A stretch of DNA of 64,000 bases from Flavobacteriaceae bacterium (lineage in GTDB: Bacteria; Bacteroidota; Bacteroidia; Flavobacteriales; Flavobacteriaceae), in NCBI GenBank assembly GCA_022424955.1, contig JAKMGK010000030.1, positions 6,029 to 70,028 on the forward strand. Reading direction: 5' to 3'. Under the pieces are notes generated by a model. The model was not told the origin of the DNA. It did no database searches and worked only from the letters and a program-made list of their open reading frames with translations. Below are positions 37,880 to 47,425 of this stretch, piece after piece. Made by a program: the position numbers and the translations under genes. Position 1 is the first letter of the stretch; every line of letters begins with the position of its first letter.

Positions 37880-38289
37880 GATTGTTGTTGTTTTTTAATT
37901 ACCCAGAAAATCGGGGCTAAAAAACTAATCACCACTACGGGTAAAAACCAACTTCCTAGACCATTACTTTTATTGACTGCCACAAAGAAGGTTTGAAGTT
38001 GAATATAAGTAAATGTCCCTTGAATGAGCAATTGCATCCATTGCAATAATTGCAGTTCGATTTGTTGAATCCCTGTTCTCTTTTGGAGACCAGCTAACAA
38101 GAGAAAGAGTAAGGTCGCAATCAAGGGTAAACCCCAAACATGAATGCGGGTGTCAAAACCATCGGGAATACCTTTAGCATTATAGTGAATTGGGATTTGT
38201 TCTGGGAGGTCATTAAAATGAAATAGCGTAAATCCCCACATTAAAGCAACTAAAAGCAGTGTGGTATATTTTAATTTGTTGTTTCCCAC
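37876..38289 (-). CDS. DUF1648-like membrane protein (4 TM)
   Basis: The motif LPEQIPIHYNAKGIPDGF follows TM1. The gene overlaps the GT gene end by 4 nt in convergent orientation. Confidence 0.6.
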   Translation of the reverse strand: MGNNKLKYTTLLLVALMWGFTLFHFNDLPEQIPIHYNAKGIPDGFDTRIHVWGLPLIATLLFLLLAGLQKRTGIQQIELQLLQWMQLLIQGTFTYIQLQTFFVAVNKSNGLGSWFLPVVVISFLAPIFWVIKKQQQS

Positions 38290-38290
38290 T

Positions 38291-38875
38291 TTATTTTTTG
38301 TAAAAATTCATCTCATCCAGGTATTCCCAACTCTCTAGTGGCAAGAGAGGGCGAACGTTTTTCCCTGCTTTAATCCATTCTCTTATTTGAGAGGAAGCAA
38401 CCTCTACTTTAGGGGCATCGACTAAATGGATGTTGTTGTATTTTTCTAATTCTTTAGCAGGAGCTGCGGCTCCGTCTCTAGGATAAACATAAAGAGGGTA
38501 GCGGACTAGAATTACCTCAAAGTTTTTCCATTTGTGAAAAGAGGCTAGATTATCTTCTCCTATTAAAAGAGCAAACTTTTTATCGGGGTATTTTTCTTCT
38601 AGTCTAATCAGGGTATCACAGGTATAGTTTGGTCTAGGAAGATCGAACTCTATGGCACAGGGTTGAAGGCTGGGATATTCCCTAGTCGCTCGATAAACTA
38701 ATTCTAAACGATGGTTGTTGGCCAGCATACTTAGCTTTTGTTTAAAAGGATTTTGCGGAGTGATCACAAACCAAATTTGGTCTAAGTTAGTGTGCTCTGC
38801 AAAGTGATTAGCGAGAATTAAGTGCCCATTGTGAATAGGGTTAAAGGTGCCAAAAAACAAACCGATTTGTTGCAT
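38291..38875 (-). CDS. nadD: Nicotinate-nucleotide adenylyltransferase
   Basis: GLFFGTFNPIHNGH (HxGH-type motif) and ...SSQIRE near the C-terminus. Confidence 0.9.
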   Translation of the reverse strand: MQQIGLFFGTFNPIHNGHLILANHFAEHTNLDQIWFVITPQNPFKQKLSMLANNHRLELVYRATREYPSLQPCAIEFDLPRPNYTCDTLIRLEEKYPDKKFALLIGEDNLASFHKWKNFEVILVRYPLYVYPRDGAAAPAKELEKYNNIHLVDAPKVEVASSQIREWIKAGKNVRPLLPLESWEYLDEMNFYKK

Positions 38876-38896
38876 ATCACAAAGGTAGCAAATTGC

Positions 38897-39466
38897 TTAG
38901 GAACGCAAGAATTCTTTTACTAAACGCACTACTTCTTGTTTTGCTTTTGCGAGATTGTCATTGACTAGAATTACATCAAAGTCTTGAGAGTAAATTAATT
39001 CTGTAGCCGATTTGTCAAGGCGTTGTTGGATTTTCTCCTCTGTTTCTGTCATGCGTTGACGCAAGCGTTTTTCTAATTCTTCTAATGAAGGGGGCTGTAC
39101 AAAAACGGCTAAGGTTTCTTCTGGATACTGTTCTTTTACGTTTAACCCACCAATTACATCGATGTCAAAAAGGACATTTTTTCCTTCTTTCCACAAACGT
39201 TCTACTTCAGAACGAAGGGTGCCATAAAAGGCCCCTTGATAGACTTCTTCATATTCAATGAATGCGTCTTCTTCAATTTTTTGACGAAATTCTTCTTCGC
39301 TTAAAAAGTAATAATCCATCCCGTCTTTTTCTTCCCCGCGTGGAGTTCGAGAAGTGGCAGAAATGGAGAAGCCTAAGGGTAGGTTTTGTAGCAGTAAGTG
39401 CCGAACCAAAGTTGTTTTTCCGCTTCCAGATGGGGCAGAAAATACAAAGAGTTTTCCGGTTTTCAT
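38897..39466 (-). CDS. gmk: Guanylate kinase
   Basis: P-loop SAPSGSGKTT and TSRTPRGEEKDGMDYYF. Confidence 0.95.
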   Translation of the reverse strand: MKTGKLFVFSAPSGSGKTTLVRHLLLQNLPLGFSISATSRTPRGEEKDGMDYYFLSEEEFRQKIEEDAFIEYEEVYQGAFYGTLRSEVERLWKEGKNVLFDIDVIGGLNVKEQYPEETLAVFVQPPSLEELEKRLRQRMTETEEKIQQRLDKSATELIYSQDFDVILVNDNLAKAKQEVVRLVKEFLRS

Positions 39467-39467
39467 G

Positions 39468-40325
39468 TTATAACACGTTAAGTAACTGTTCTTTGATTTT
39501 CTCTAATTCGTCTTTCATTTGAACGACAATTTTTTGTAAGCCAGCGTGGTTTGCCTTAGATCCAATGGTGTTGATTTCTCGACCCATTTCTTGTGCAATA
39601 AAGCCTAGTTTTTTTCCATTCGCTTGATCTTGCGCCATAATCTCTTTAAAGTAGTCAATATGATTAGCCAAACGTACTTTTTCTTCTGTGATATCGTACT
39701 TTTCAAGATAGTAAATTAGCTCTTGTTCTAGTCTGTTTTGGTCTACATTAATGGCTAATTGTTCAAGGGCATTATGTAGTTTTTCTGTAACCTTTATTTT
39801 ACGTTCTGGATCAATTTCTATCACATCTTCAAGCAATTGAGATAGATTGGCCAGGCGTTTATTAAAATCTACCATTAAGGCTTTCCCTTCGTCTTTACGG
39901 TGTTGATTGACTTTGTCTAAGGTTGTAGAAAATAATTCTAATACGGTTTCTTTTTCTGCGTCATTTAACGCTTCTTTTTCTGTTTTAAGGGCATCGGGTA
40001 AACGCACAGCCATTTTGAGTAATTCTGTCGTGTCCCCGCTGTGAATTTCTTTCAATTGTTGTAAATAGGCTTGAATGACCTGCTTGTTTAAAATAGTTGC
40101 GCTTTCTGTACCAGAATTATCAACGAACACAGAAACATCAATCTTTCCACGAATTAACTTGCGGTTAATTTGATTGCGTAATAACGGTTCAAGCTCTCTA
40201 TAGCAATGGGGTGTTCTAAAGTTTAGATCAATATTTTTACTGTTAAGTGTTCTTAACTCTATGGTGATCTTTTTGTGCTGAAATTGGGTCTCACCTTTCC
40301 CAAAGCCTGTCATGGATACAATCAT
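39468..40325 (-). CDS. yicC: YicC-family stress-induced protein (endoribonuclease YicC)
   Basis: MTGFGKGE...C-terminal QEMGREINTIGSKA motif. Confidence 0.9.
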   Translation of the reverse strand: MIVSMTGFGKGETQFQHKKITIELRTLNSKNIDLNFRTPHCYRELEPLLRNQINRKLIRGKIDVSVFVDNSGTESATILNKQVIQAYLQQLKEIHSGDTTELLKMAVRLPDALKTEKEALNDAEKETVLELFSTTLDKVNQHRKDEGKALMVDFNKRLANLSQLLEDVIEIDPERKIKVTEKLHNALEQLAINVDQNRLEQELIYYLEKYDITEEKVRLANHIDYFKEIMAQDQANGKKLGFIAQEMGREINTIGSKANHAGLQKIVVQMKDELEKIKEQLLNVL

Positions 40326-40333
40326 TTGCTTGC

Positions 40334-41092
40334 CTATAATACCTTAATCTTGATATTTCTAAAGGAAACTTTATCGTCGTGATCCTGTAGCCCTATCTTT
40401 CCTGTTTTGAATGCTCCAAAACCTTTCCATCCTTTAAACTTACTATTCTTAACTAGCTCATCCCAAACTTCTCCACTAAGAGGAAAGCGAACGATTTCTG
40501 TACCGTTAAAAACAACATTTCCTTCATTGACGTTGTGGTCGACAGTTAATAAAACATGATTCCATTCTCCAGCAGGGTTGCATACATCTGCAGTGGGTTG
40601 CACTAGATCATAGAGTGCACCCGCTTGATGAAATTTTGGATTGACTTTAGCGTCTGGATGGCGTTCATTATCTAAGATTTGAATTTCTGGCCCAGTAACA
40701 TAGGGTTCTCCAAACTCTTCTCCCTCTTGTACGCCCCAGAAAATACCGCTATTTCCGGCTTCAGAAACGTTCCATTCGATGGAAAGGACAAAACTGGTAA
40801 AGCTTTGATCGGTAACTATATTTTTGCCACCGTCTCCCCATTTTCTATCTTCTCTGGGGTCAAAGGTTAAAACACCGTCTTTGACACTCCATTCTTCTCC
40901 TATTTTATCTCCATTGTATTGGTGCCATCCGTTAAGGGTTTCTCCATCAAAGAGACTAATCCATTCTTCTTTTGCTGGAGCTTCTTGTTCAACCTTGGTT
41001 TTAGTTTCAGTTTCTTTTTTCTTTTGAGTGGTTCCCTGACAAGAACTCAAGGTGACTAGTCCTACGACTAGCAGAATTAATTGTTTTTTCAT
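40334..41092 (-). CDS. DUF1080 (3-keto-disaccharide hydrolase family) lipoprotein
   Basis: Lipobox LSSC. WISLFDGETLNGWHQY...SGIFW...EIQILDN...GKIGLQDHDDKVSFRNIKIK is a typical DUF1080 jelly-roll. Confidence 0.8.
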   Translation of the reverse strand: MKKQLILLVVGLVTLSSCQGTTQKKKETETKTKVEQEAPAKEEWISLFDGETLNGWHQYNGDKIGEEWSVKDGVLTFDPREDRKWGDGGKNIVTDQSFTSFVLSIEWNVSEAGNSGIFWGVQEGEEFGEPYVTGPEIQILDNERHPDAKVNPKFHQAGALYDLVQPTADVCNPAGEWNHVLLTVDHNVNEGNVVFNGTEIVRFPLSGEVWDELVKNSKFKGWKGFGAFKTGKIGLQDHDDKVSFRNIKIKVL

Positions 41093-41097
41093 GATAA

Positions 41098-42150
41098 CTA
41101 TATGTTTAAAATATCTTTTAATTGGGTTTGGTCTATGTCTCCTCCGGCAAAATCGTCGAAGGTTTTTTCTGTGGCTTCAATGATGTGATTTTTGATAAAT
41201 GCAGCCCCTTCTCTTGCGCCTTGTTCAGGACTTTTTACGCAGCATTCCCACTCCATTACTGCCCACACATCACAGCTGTATTCGGTTAATTTTGTAAAAA
41301 TCGTTTTAAAGTCGATTTGTCCATCTCCAGGAGAGCGATAGCGTCCTGCACGATCTTGCCAATTTCCATATCCACCAAAGGCACCCCTTTTTCCGTTAGG
41401 TTTAAATTCAGAATCCTTCACGTGAAAGGCTTTGATAAATTCGTGGTAGTGATCGATATAAGTAATATAGTCGAGTTGTTGTAAGACAAAATGACTAGGA
41501 TCATATAATATATTGACGCGTTTATGGTTTCCAGTTGCGGCTAAAAATCTTTCAAAGGTTTCCCCGTCGTGCAGATCTTCACCTGGGTGAATTTCATAAC
41601 AGGCGTCTACGCCGTTTTCGTCAAAAACATCTAGAATGGGAAGCCAGCGATTAGCGAGTTCATTAAATCCTAAATCAATGAGTCCGTCTGGTTGTTGTGG
41701 CCATGGGTGCCAGTAGGGCCAAAGCAAAGACCCCGAAAAAGTCGCGTGAGCACTAATTCCCAATCTGCGACTTGCGATTCCAGCTTTTTTGACTTGTTCT
41801 ACAGCCCATGCTGTTCTTGCTTTTGGATTATTTTTAACGGCTTCTGGCGCAAAATTATCAAACATCTTGTCGTAGGCAGGGTGTACTGCAACTAACTGTC
41901 CTTGCAGGTGGGTAGATAATTCTGTAATCTCTAATCCATAGGAGTTGATTTTCCCCTTTAATTCGTCACAGTAAGTTTGACTTTCTGCTGCGGTATCTAG
42001 GTCGATGAGCCATTTATCCAGGGTAGGGATTTGAATGCCCTTGTACCCTAAATCTGCCGCCCATTGACAAAGTCCGTCTAAGCTGTTGAAAGGGGCTTTT
42101 TGATCGATAAATTGCGCCAGAAATACGGCGGGTCCTTTAATTGTTTTCAA
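41098..42150 (-). CDS. Xylose-isomerase-like TIM-barrel protein (sugar phosphate isomerase/epimerase family), cytoplasmic
   Basis: 350 aa with AP-endonuclease-2/xylose isomerase-like TIM signatures (YEIHPGEDL...DPSH). No signal peptide. Confidence 0.75.
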   Translation of the reverse strand: MKTIKGPAVFLAQFIDQKAPFNSLDGLCQWAADLGYKGIQIPTLDKWLIDLDTAAESQTYCDELKGKINSYGLEITELSTHLQGQLVAVHPAYDKMFDNFAPEAVKNNPKARTAWAVEQVKKAGIASRRLGISAHATFSGSLLWPYWHPWPQQPDGLIDLGFNELANRWLPILDVFDENGVDACYEIHPGEDLHDGETFERFLAATGNHKRVNILYDPSHFVLQQLDYITYIDHYHEFIKAFHVKDSEFKPNGKRGAFGGYGNWQDRAGRYRSPGDGQIDFKTIFTKLTEYSCDVWAVMEWECCVKSPEQGAREGAAFIKNHIIEATEKTFDDFAGGDIDQTQLKDILNI

Positions 42151-42162
42151 TTGTTTTTGTTT

Positions 42163-43296
42163 TTATAAATTCACCCAAACGTTTCCGTTTTGGTGTGATT
42201 CTAATACCTTTTCAATAAATAACATGCCTCGAACACCTTCTTCCATATCTGGGAAAGCACCGTGGGTAAATTCTTCTCCGCGAATTGCTTTGGCTACGCC
42301 ATTGTAAATATTTCCCATGGCATCATATAATCCTTCTGGATGACCTGGAGGAAGTTTTGTGGCATCTTGTGCAAATGCACTGTGGAAATCATAACCTGGT
42401 TTTAATACTTGCATGGGTTGACCTTCTTGTAAGTAAGTAAGGTAGTTGGGATTTTCCTGCCCCCACTTTAGGCTTCCTTTTTGTCCATAAATTTGCACTG
42501 TGAAGTTGTTTTCTTCTCCTGTGGCAATTTGTGAAGCGCGTAAAACCCCCTTGCAATAGTCAGAAAAACGGACTAAGATGGTTCCGTCAACATCCATTTG
42601 GTTGTCTGGATAGCGGTAATTAAGATCTGCTAATAATTGCTTTACTCTGCTCCCGGTGACATATTCTACCATATCAAATGCATGGGTCCCTATATCTCCA
42701 ATACAACAGCTTAAACCTCCTTTTTCTGGGTCAAGACGCCAGATAGATTTTCTTAAATCTGCTTGATGCATAAAGGGATTAATCCACCCTTGATAGTATT
42801 GTAAATCTACCTTTTGTATTTCTCCAATTACGCCATCGGCAATCATTTGCTTCATTTGACGAATCATGGGATAGCCGGTATAAGTATAGGTAACAGCAAA
42901 AACAAGTTGTTTCTGGTTTTGAATGGCCTCTAACTCTAATGCTTCGGCATGGGTTGTGGTCAAGGGTTTTTCGCAGATCACATTAAAACCATTTTCCAAC
43001 AGCTTTTTTGCCATGGGAAAGTGTAAAAAGTTCGGGGTTAATACAGAAACGACCTCAATGCGCTCTTCTTGTGGTAGTTTCACTTCTGCTTCAATTAGAT
43101 CTTCAAAAGTGTCGTAAACGCGATTTAAAGGTACTCCTATATGGGTTGCAAAACTTCGATTTTCTGGAGGATTAGGGTTAAAACACCCTCCTACAATTTG
43201 ATATCGATCAAACATATTTGAGGCAATGCGGTGAACTCCACCGATAAGGGAGTCTCCTCCGCCTCCTAAAATTCCTAAACGTATTTTGTGGCTCAA
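42163..43296 (-). CDS. Gfo/Idh/MocA-family NAD(P)-dependent oxidoreductase
   Basis: N-terminal Rossmann IRLGILGGGGDSLIGGVH and the EKP motif (ICEKPL). Confidence 0.85.
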   Translation of the reverse strand: MSHKIRLGILGGGGDSLIGGVHRIASNMFDRYQIVGGCFNPNPPENRSFATHIGVPLNRVYDTFEDLIEAEVKLPQEERIEVVSVLTPNFLHFPMAKKLLENGFNVICEKPLTTTHAEALELEAIQNQKQLVFAVTYTYTGYPMIRQMKQMIADGVIGEIQKVDLQYYQGWINPFMHQADLRKSIWRLDPEKGGLSCCIGDIGTHAFDMVEYVTGSRVKQLLADLNYRYPDNQMDVDGTILVRFSDYCKGVLRASQIATGEENNFTVQIYGQKGSLKWGQENPNYLTYLQEGQPMQVLKPGYDFHSAFAQDATKLPPGHPEGLYDAMGNIYNGVAKAIRGEEFTHGAFPDMEEGVRGMLFIEKVLESHQNGNVWVNL

Positions 43297-43297
43297 T

Positions 43298-44527
43298 TTA
43301 TTCTTCTTTAATTTCTATTTTCTCGTCTTTAAAGATAAGCATAAATAAGACGAGTACTCCAATGGCAAAAGCGGCAGGAAGTATCCAGATCATCTCCCAG
43401 TTATGCGTTCCGTTATCAAGTAAATAAGTGTCAGAGATTTTTCCTGCTACCCAAAATCCAACGAGCATTCCTACTCCATAGGTAGCTAAAGTGATTAAAC
43501 CTTGCGCGGCACTTTTTACTTTTTCACCCGCTTTAAAGTCAGTGTAGATTTGTCCAGAAACAAAAAAGAAATCATAACAGATTCCGTGTAGGGCAATTCC
43601 TATAATTAACATAAAAGTCAATTCCCCAGCATTACCATAAGCAAACAAGGCATAACGCACTGCCCAGGCAAGCATTCCAACTAGAATTGTTTTTTTGAAG
43701 CCAAATTTTTTAAAGAAAACGGGAAGGAGTAACATGAATAAGACCTCACTAATCTGACCTAAGGTCATTTTCCCTGTTGGATTTTCCATTCCTAACTCTA
43801 CTAAAAATGGGTTAGCCTGTTGGTAATAAAAGGCCAAAGGAATACAAATTAAAACAGAGGTGATGAAGAACATCAAAAAGTTACGGTCTTTTAACAATTT
43901 TAAGGCGTCAAAACCTAAGATGTCTCCCAAAGATAAGGCTTCTCCCCCTGTATTTGAAGGAGGGGTTTTAGGTAACGTAAAACTGAAAAGCCCTAAAATA
44001 AACGAAGCGACAGACACCATTAAAAAGGTATTGGCTAATGCTCCAGCAGCAATTGCATCAGGCGCATCCCAACTAAGGTAGCTAATCACTAATCCTGCGA
44101 CTATCCATCCAATTGTCCCAAAGACACGAATCAAAGAAAACTCTTTTGCTGGGTCTTTCATTTGATTAAATGAGACAGAATTAACTAAAGCGAGTGTAGG
44201 CATGTAAACTAGCATATAGCCAAAGACATAGGGGTAAAAAGTCGCAAAGTCTCCTGCTTGTGCCATTAAATACATCAAGCCACCCCCAATGAGGTGAAGC
44301 ACCCCCAAGATACGTTCTGCGTTAAAATAGCGATCGGCAATTAGTCCAATAAATAGTGGGGCAATTATTGCTCCCCATGATTGGGTAGAAAAGGCCATGG
44401 CGGTCTCAGCTCCACTTGCTCCTAGATTGTTTCCTAAAAATGTTCCCAGGGTCACAAACCACCCTCCCCAAATAAAAAATTGGAGGAACATCATAAAGGA
44501 TAATTGAAATTTAGTCGTTGAATTCAT
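43298..44527 (-). CDS. MFS transporter of the nucleoside:H+ symporter (NupG/XapB-like) family
   Basis: 12 TM. The N-terminus FQLSFMMFLQFFIWGGWFVTLG is typical of this family. Confidence 0.75.
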   Translation of the reverse strand: MNSTTKFQLSFMMFLQFFIWGGWFVTLGTFLGNNLGASGAETAMAFSTQSWGAIIAPLFIGLIADRYFNAERILGVLHLIGGGLMYLMAQAGDFATFYPYVFGYMLVYMPTLALVNSVSFNQMKDPAKEFSLIRVFGTIGWIVAGLVISYLSWDAPDAIAAGALANTFLMVSVASFILGLFSFTLPKTPPSNTGGEALSLGDILGFDALKLLKDRNFLMFFITSVLICIPLAFYYQQANPFLVELGMENPTGKMTLGQISEVLFMLLLPVFFKKFGFKKTILVGMLAWAVRYALFAYGNAGELTFMLIIGIALHGICYDFFFVSGQIYTDFKAGEKVKSAAQGLITLATYGVGMLVGFWVAGKISDTYLLDNGTHNWEMIWILPAAFAIGVLVLFMLIFKDEKIEIKEE

Positions 44528-44544
44528 TTGGTTAATAGTATTGA

Positions 44545-45525
44545 TTAAACAATCAGTTTGGCTTTTTCTAGCAATAAGTTTTTGGTCGCAAGAATCCCCT
44601 CTACTTCAGAGAGGCTACTTCCTTCATATTCTACACCAATAAACCCGTTATATCCAGCAGATTTAACCAGTTTTAACATGCGTAAATAATCTGTATTGGT
44701 TTCATTGCCTTGTGCATCAAAGTCATGGGATTTTGCACTAACAGCAAATGCACGTGGCATCAATTCTTCTACTCCTTTATAGCGATCATATTCTTTCACA
44801 CAATTTGCTCCCCAACGCTCGCCATCTTTTCTTTCTAAACAAAAGTTACCAAAGTCTGGTAGTGTCCCGCAGTTGGGTTGATTGACTTCGTCTAGTATTT
44901 CCATAACAAGGGCAGCGTTAGAAGAGAGGTAGCCATGATTTTCAACAATAATATTGACCTTATAAGGCGCAGCAAATTCTCCTAACTTGCGCATACTCTC
45001 GGCAGATTGCGCTTTCCACGCCTGTTCATCTCTTTCTCCAAAAAGATTAATTCGAATAGAATGGCAGCCCATGTCAGCCGCTACTTCTACCCAGGTTTTA
45101 TGATTTTCAATGGCTTTGTTGCGCTCACTTGCACTTGGTACTGCGAGATCCCCTTCTCCATCAATCATGATGAGAACGTTTTCCACGCCATGCGCTTTTG
45201 CTTGTGCATTTGATTGTGCGATAAATTGCTTTAACGCACTATTTTTATTTTTCGCCTCTGTGACATCTTTGTATAATTGATTGACATATTCGATTCCTTC
45301 AAAACCCAGTTCTTTTGCTTTAGCAGCAAAATCATAAGGATTTAATTCTCCTTCGAAAATGGCATTATGCAACGACCATTGTGCTAATGAGAGTTTAAAA
45401 AAGGGAGAAGTCGATAGGTTACCATCTAAAAAATGCTTTCCTAAAGTATTGGCGGATAAGGTTCCTAAAGCAGTGGCTCCAAGGCCTAGGGCTAAACTGT
45501 TTTGAATAAATTTTCTGCGTTCCAT
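44545..45525 (-). CDS. Tat-exported xylose-isomerase-like TIM-barrel protein
   Basis: Twin-arginine signal MERRKFIQNSLALGLGATALG. TIM-barrel family motifs (HSIRINLFGE...VENH). Confidence 0.75.
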   Translation of the reverse strand: MERRKFIQNSLALGLGATALGTLSANTLGKHFLDGNLSTSPFFKLSLAQWSLHNAIFEGELNPYDFAAKAKELGFEGIEYVNQLYKDVTEAKNKNSALKQFIAQSNAQAKAHGVENVLIMIDGEGDLAVPSASERNKAIENHKTWVEVAADMGCHSIRINLFGERDEQAWKAQSAESMRKLGEFAAPYKVNIIVENHGYLSSNAALVMEILDEVNQPNCGTLPDFGNFCLERKDGERWGANCVKEYDRYKGVEELMPRAFAVSAKSHDFDAQGNETNTDYLRMLKLVKSAGYNGFIGVEYEGSSLSEVEGILATKNLLLEKAKLIV

Positions 45526-45590
45526 AAGTAAGTTAAATTAGTGTAAACAATGTAATAATACTAAAACAAACTAAAGATTTATGCCTTTAT

Positions 45591-45624
45591 CGTTTTTGTT
45601 TATACAAACGAAAACGTTTTAAAT
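45591..45624. promoter_or_regulatory. Candidate operator: overlapping palindromes in the divergent promoter region
   Basis: Imperfect inverted repeat CGTTTTTGTTTA..CAAACGAAAACG (10/12) plus a perfect AAAACGTTTT. The block CGAAAACG-TTTTAAA (45609-45623) recurs at 48629-48644. Confidence 0.4.
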
Positions 45625-45683
45625 TGATATTTTAACATAATTAAAGAATAATATTGAGGAAAGCTCATTACTAAACCCTAATT

Positions 45684-45691
45684 TAGGTTTG
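45684..45691 (+). promoter_or_regulatory. Bacteroidetes-type -7 promoter box for the GMC dehydrogenase operon
   Basis: TAGGTTTG lies 17 nt upstream of the ATG at 45709. Confidence 0.4.
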
Positions 45692-45708
45692 AATAAATCA
45701 CTCAAAGA

Positions 45709-47415
45709 ATGAGCAATGCTAGTTTTGAATCCCAATACGACGCCATCGTCGTTGGGACCGGTATAAGCGGCGGATGGGCCGCTAAAGAATTGACAGAAAA
45801 AGGACTTAAGACCTTAGTGCTTGAAAGAGGTAGAATGGTCAAGCACATAGAAGACTATCCTACCATGAATAAAGACCCATGGGATTTTCCGCACGGAAAC
45901 GTTATCACAAACGAGACCAGAGAAAGACAACCTAAACAAAGTCGAACAGGATATACCACTAGAGAAGATTCAAAACATTTTTTTGTCGATGATATTAAGC
46001 ACCCCTACAACGAAGACAAGCAATTTGACTGGTGTCGTGGATATCATGTAGGAGGGCGTTCTATTATGTGGGGAAGACAAAGTTACCGTTTGAGTAATTT
46101 TGATTTTGAAGCAAATTCAAAAGATGGTATAGCAGTAGATTGGCCCATTCGCTATGAAGATATTGCACCATGGTATTCTTATGTAGAACAGCATGCAGGT
46201 ATTTCAGGAGAATTATTAGGCTTAGATCACTTTCCAGACGGAGAGTACCTTAAACCTATGGAGTTAACCTGTGTTGAGGATCACCTAAAAGAATCTATAG
46301 CAGAAAAATATACCGATCGTTTATTGACCATTGGTCGTGTCGCTCATATTACCGAAGGGACCAAGCCCGGAGCTGGTAGAATAAACTGTCAATACAGAAA
46401 TCGCTGTATGCGCGGTTGCCCTTTTGGTGGATATTTTAGTAGTAATTCTTCTACTTTACCTATGGCTGAAGCCACTGGGAACATGACCTTACGTCCCAAT
46501 TCAATCGTACATGAAGTTATTTATGATCCCGAAACGAAAAAAGCTTCTGGGGTTCGTGTGATTGATGCAGAAACGAAAGAAAGCATGGTGTTTAATGCCA
46601 AAGTAGTTTTCTTGTGCGCTTCTGCAGTAGCCTCTACTTCAATTTTATTACAATCTAAATCTGAATATTTCCCTAACGGAATGGGGAATGCCTCTGGAGA
46701 ACTAGGGCATAATATCATGGATCACCATTTCCAAGTAGGAGCTTATGGTGAGTTTGATGGATTCAACGATAAATATTACACTGGAAGAAGACCCAACGGA
46801 ATTTACATTCCACGCTTTAGAAATATCGGTGGCGAAACAGATCGTAAAGACTTTTTAAGAGGCTATGGTTATCAAGGTGGCGGTAGTCGAGGATCTTGGA
46901 CAGAAAATGTCAAAGAAATGGCCTATGGCCCAGAATTTAAGGAAGCAATCATGAATCCAGGTGGATGGACCATGGGATTAAACGGTTTTGGAGAGGTATT
47001 GCCTTACCATGAAAACCGCATGTACCTAGACTATGAAAAATTAGACGAATGGGGATTACCCACTGTAACTTTTGATGCTGATATTAAAGAAAATGAGCGT
47101 GCCATGCGTAAAGACATGAAAGAGCAAGCGGTCAAAATGTTAGAAGAAGCTGGGTTTAAAAACGTTCAAGGTTATGATAATGACTACCATTTAGGTCTAG
47201 GAATCCATGAAATGGGAACAGCTAGAATGGGACGCGACCCTAAAACTTCTGTCTTAAACGGTAACAATCAGCTGCATGAAGTATCCAATGTATTTGTTAC
47301 GGATGGTGCTTGTATGACATCTGCAGGAAATGTAAACCCTTCCTTAACTTATATGGCATTAACGGCACGTGCCGTGAACTTCGCCGTTGAACAACTAAAA
47401 AAGAACAACCTGTAA
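45709..47415 (+). CDS. GMC-family FAD-dependent oxidoreductase (catalytic subunit)
   Basis: DAIVVGTGISGGWAAKEL FAD-binding fold and a GMC C-terminal region (HEMGTARMG...TDGACMTSAGNVNPSLT). Confidence 0.85.
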   Translation: MSNASFESQYDAIVVGTGISGGWAAKELTEKGLKTLVLERGRMVKHIEDYPTMNKDPWDFPHGNVITNETRERQPKQSRTGYTTREDSKHFFVDDIKHPYNEDKQFDWCRGYHVGGRSIMWGRQSYRLSNFDFEANSKDGIAVDWPIRYEDIAPWYSYVEQHAGISGELLGLDHFPDGEYLKPMELTCVEDHLKESIAEKYTDRLLTIGRVAHITEGTKPGAGRINCQYRNRCMRGCPFGGYFSSNSSTLPMAEATGNMTLRPNSIVHEVIYDPETKKASGVRVIDAETKESMVFNAKVVFLCASAVASTSILLQSKSEYFPNGMGNASGELGHNIMDHHFQVGAYGEFDGFNDKYYTGRRPNGIYIPRFRNIGGETDRKDFLRGYGYQGGGSRGSWTENVKEMAYGPEFKEAIMNPGGWTMGLNGFGEVLPYHENRMYLDYEKLDEWGLPTVTFDADIKENERAMRKDMKEQAVKMLEEAGFKNVQGYDNDYHLGLGIHEMGTARMGRDPKTSVLNGNNQLHEVSNVFVTDGACMTSAGNVNPSLTYMALTARAVNFAVEQLKKNNL

Positions 47416-47425
47416 AATAAATATT

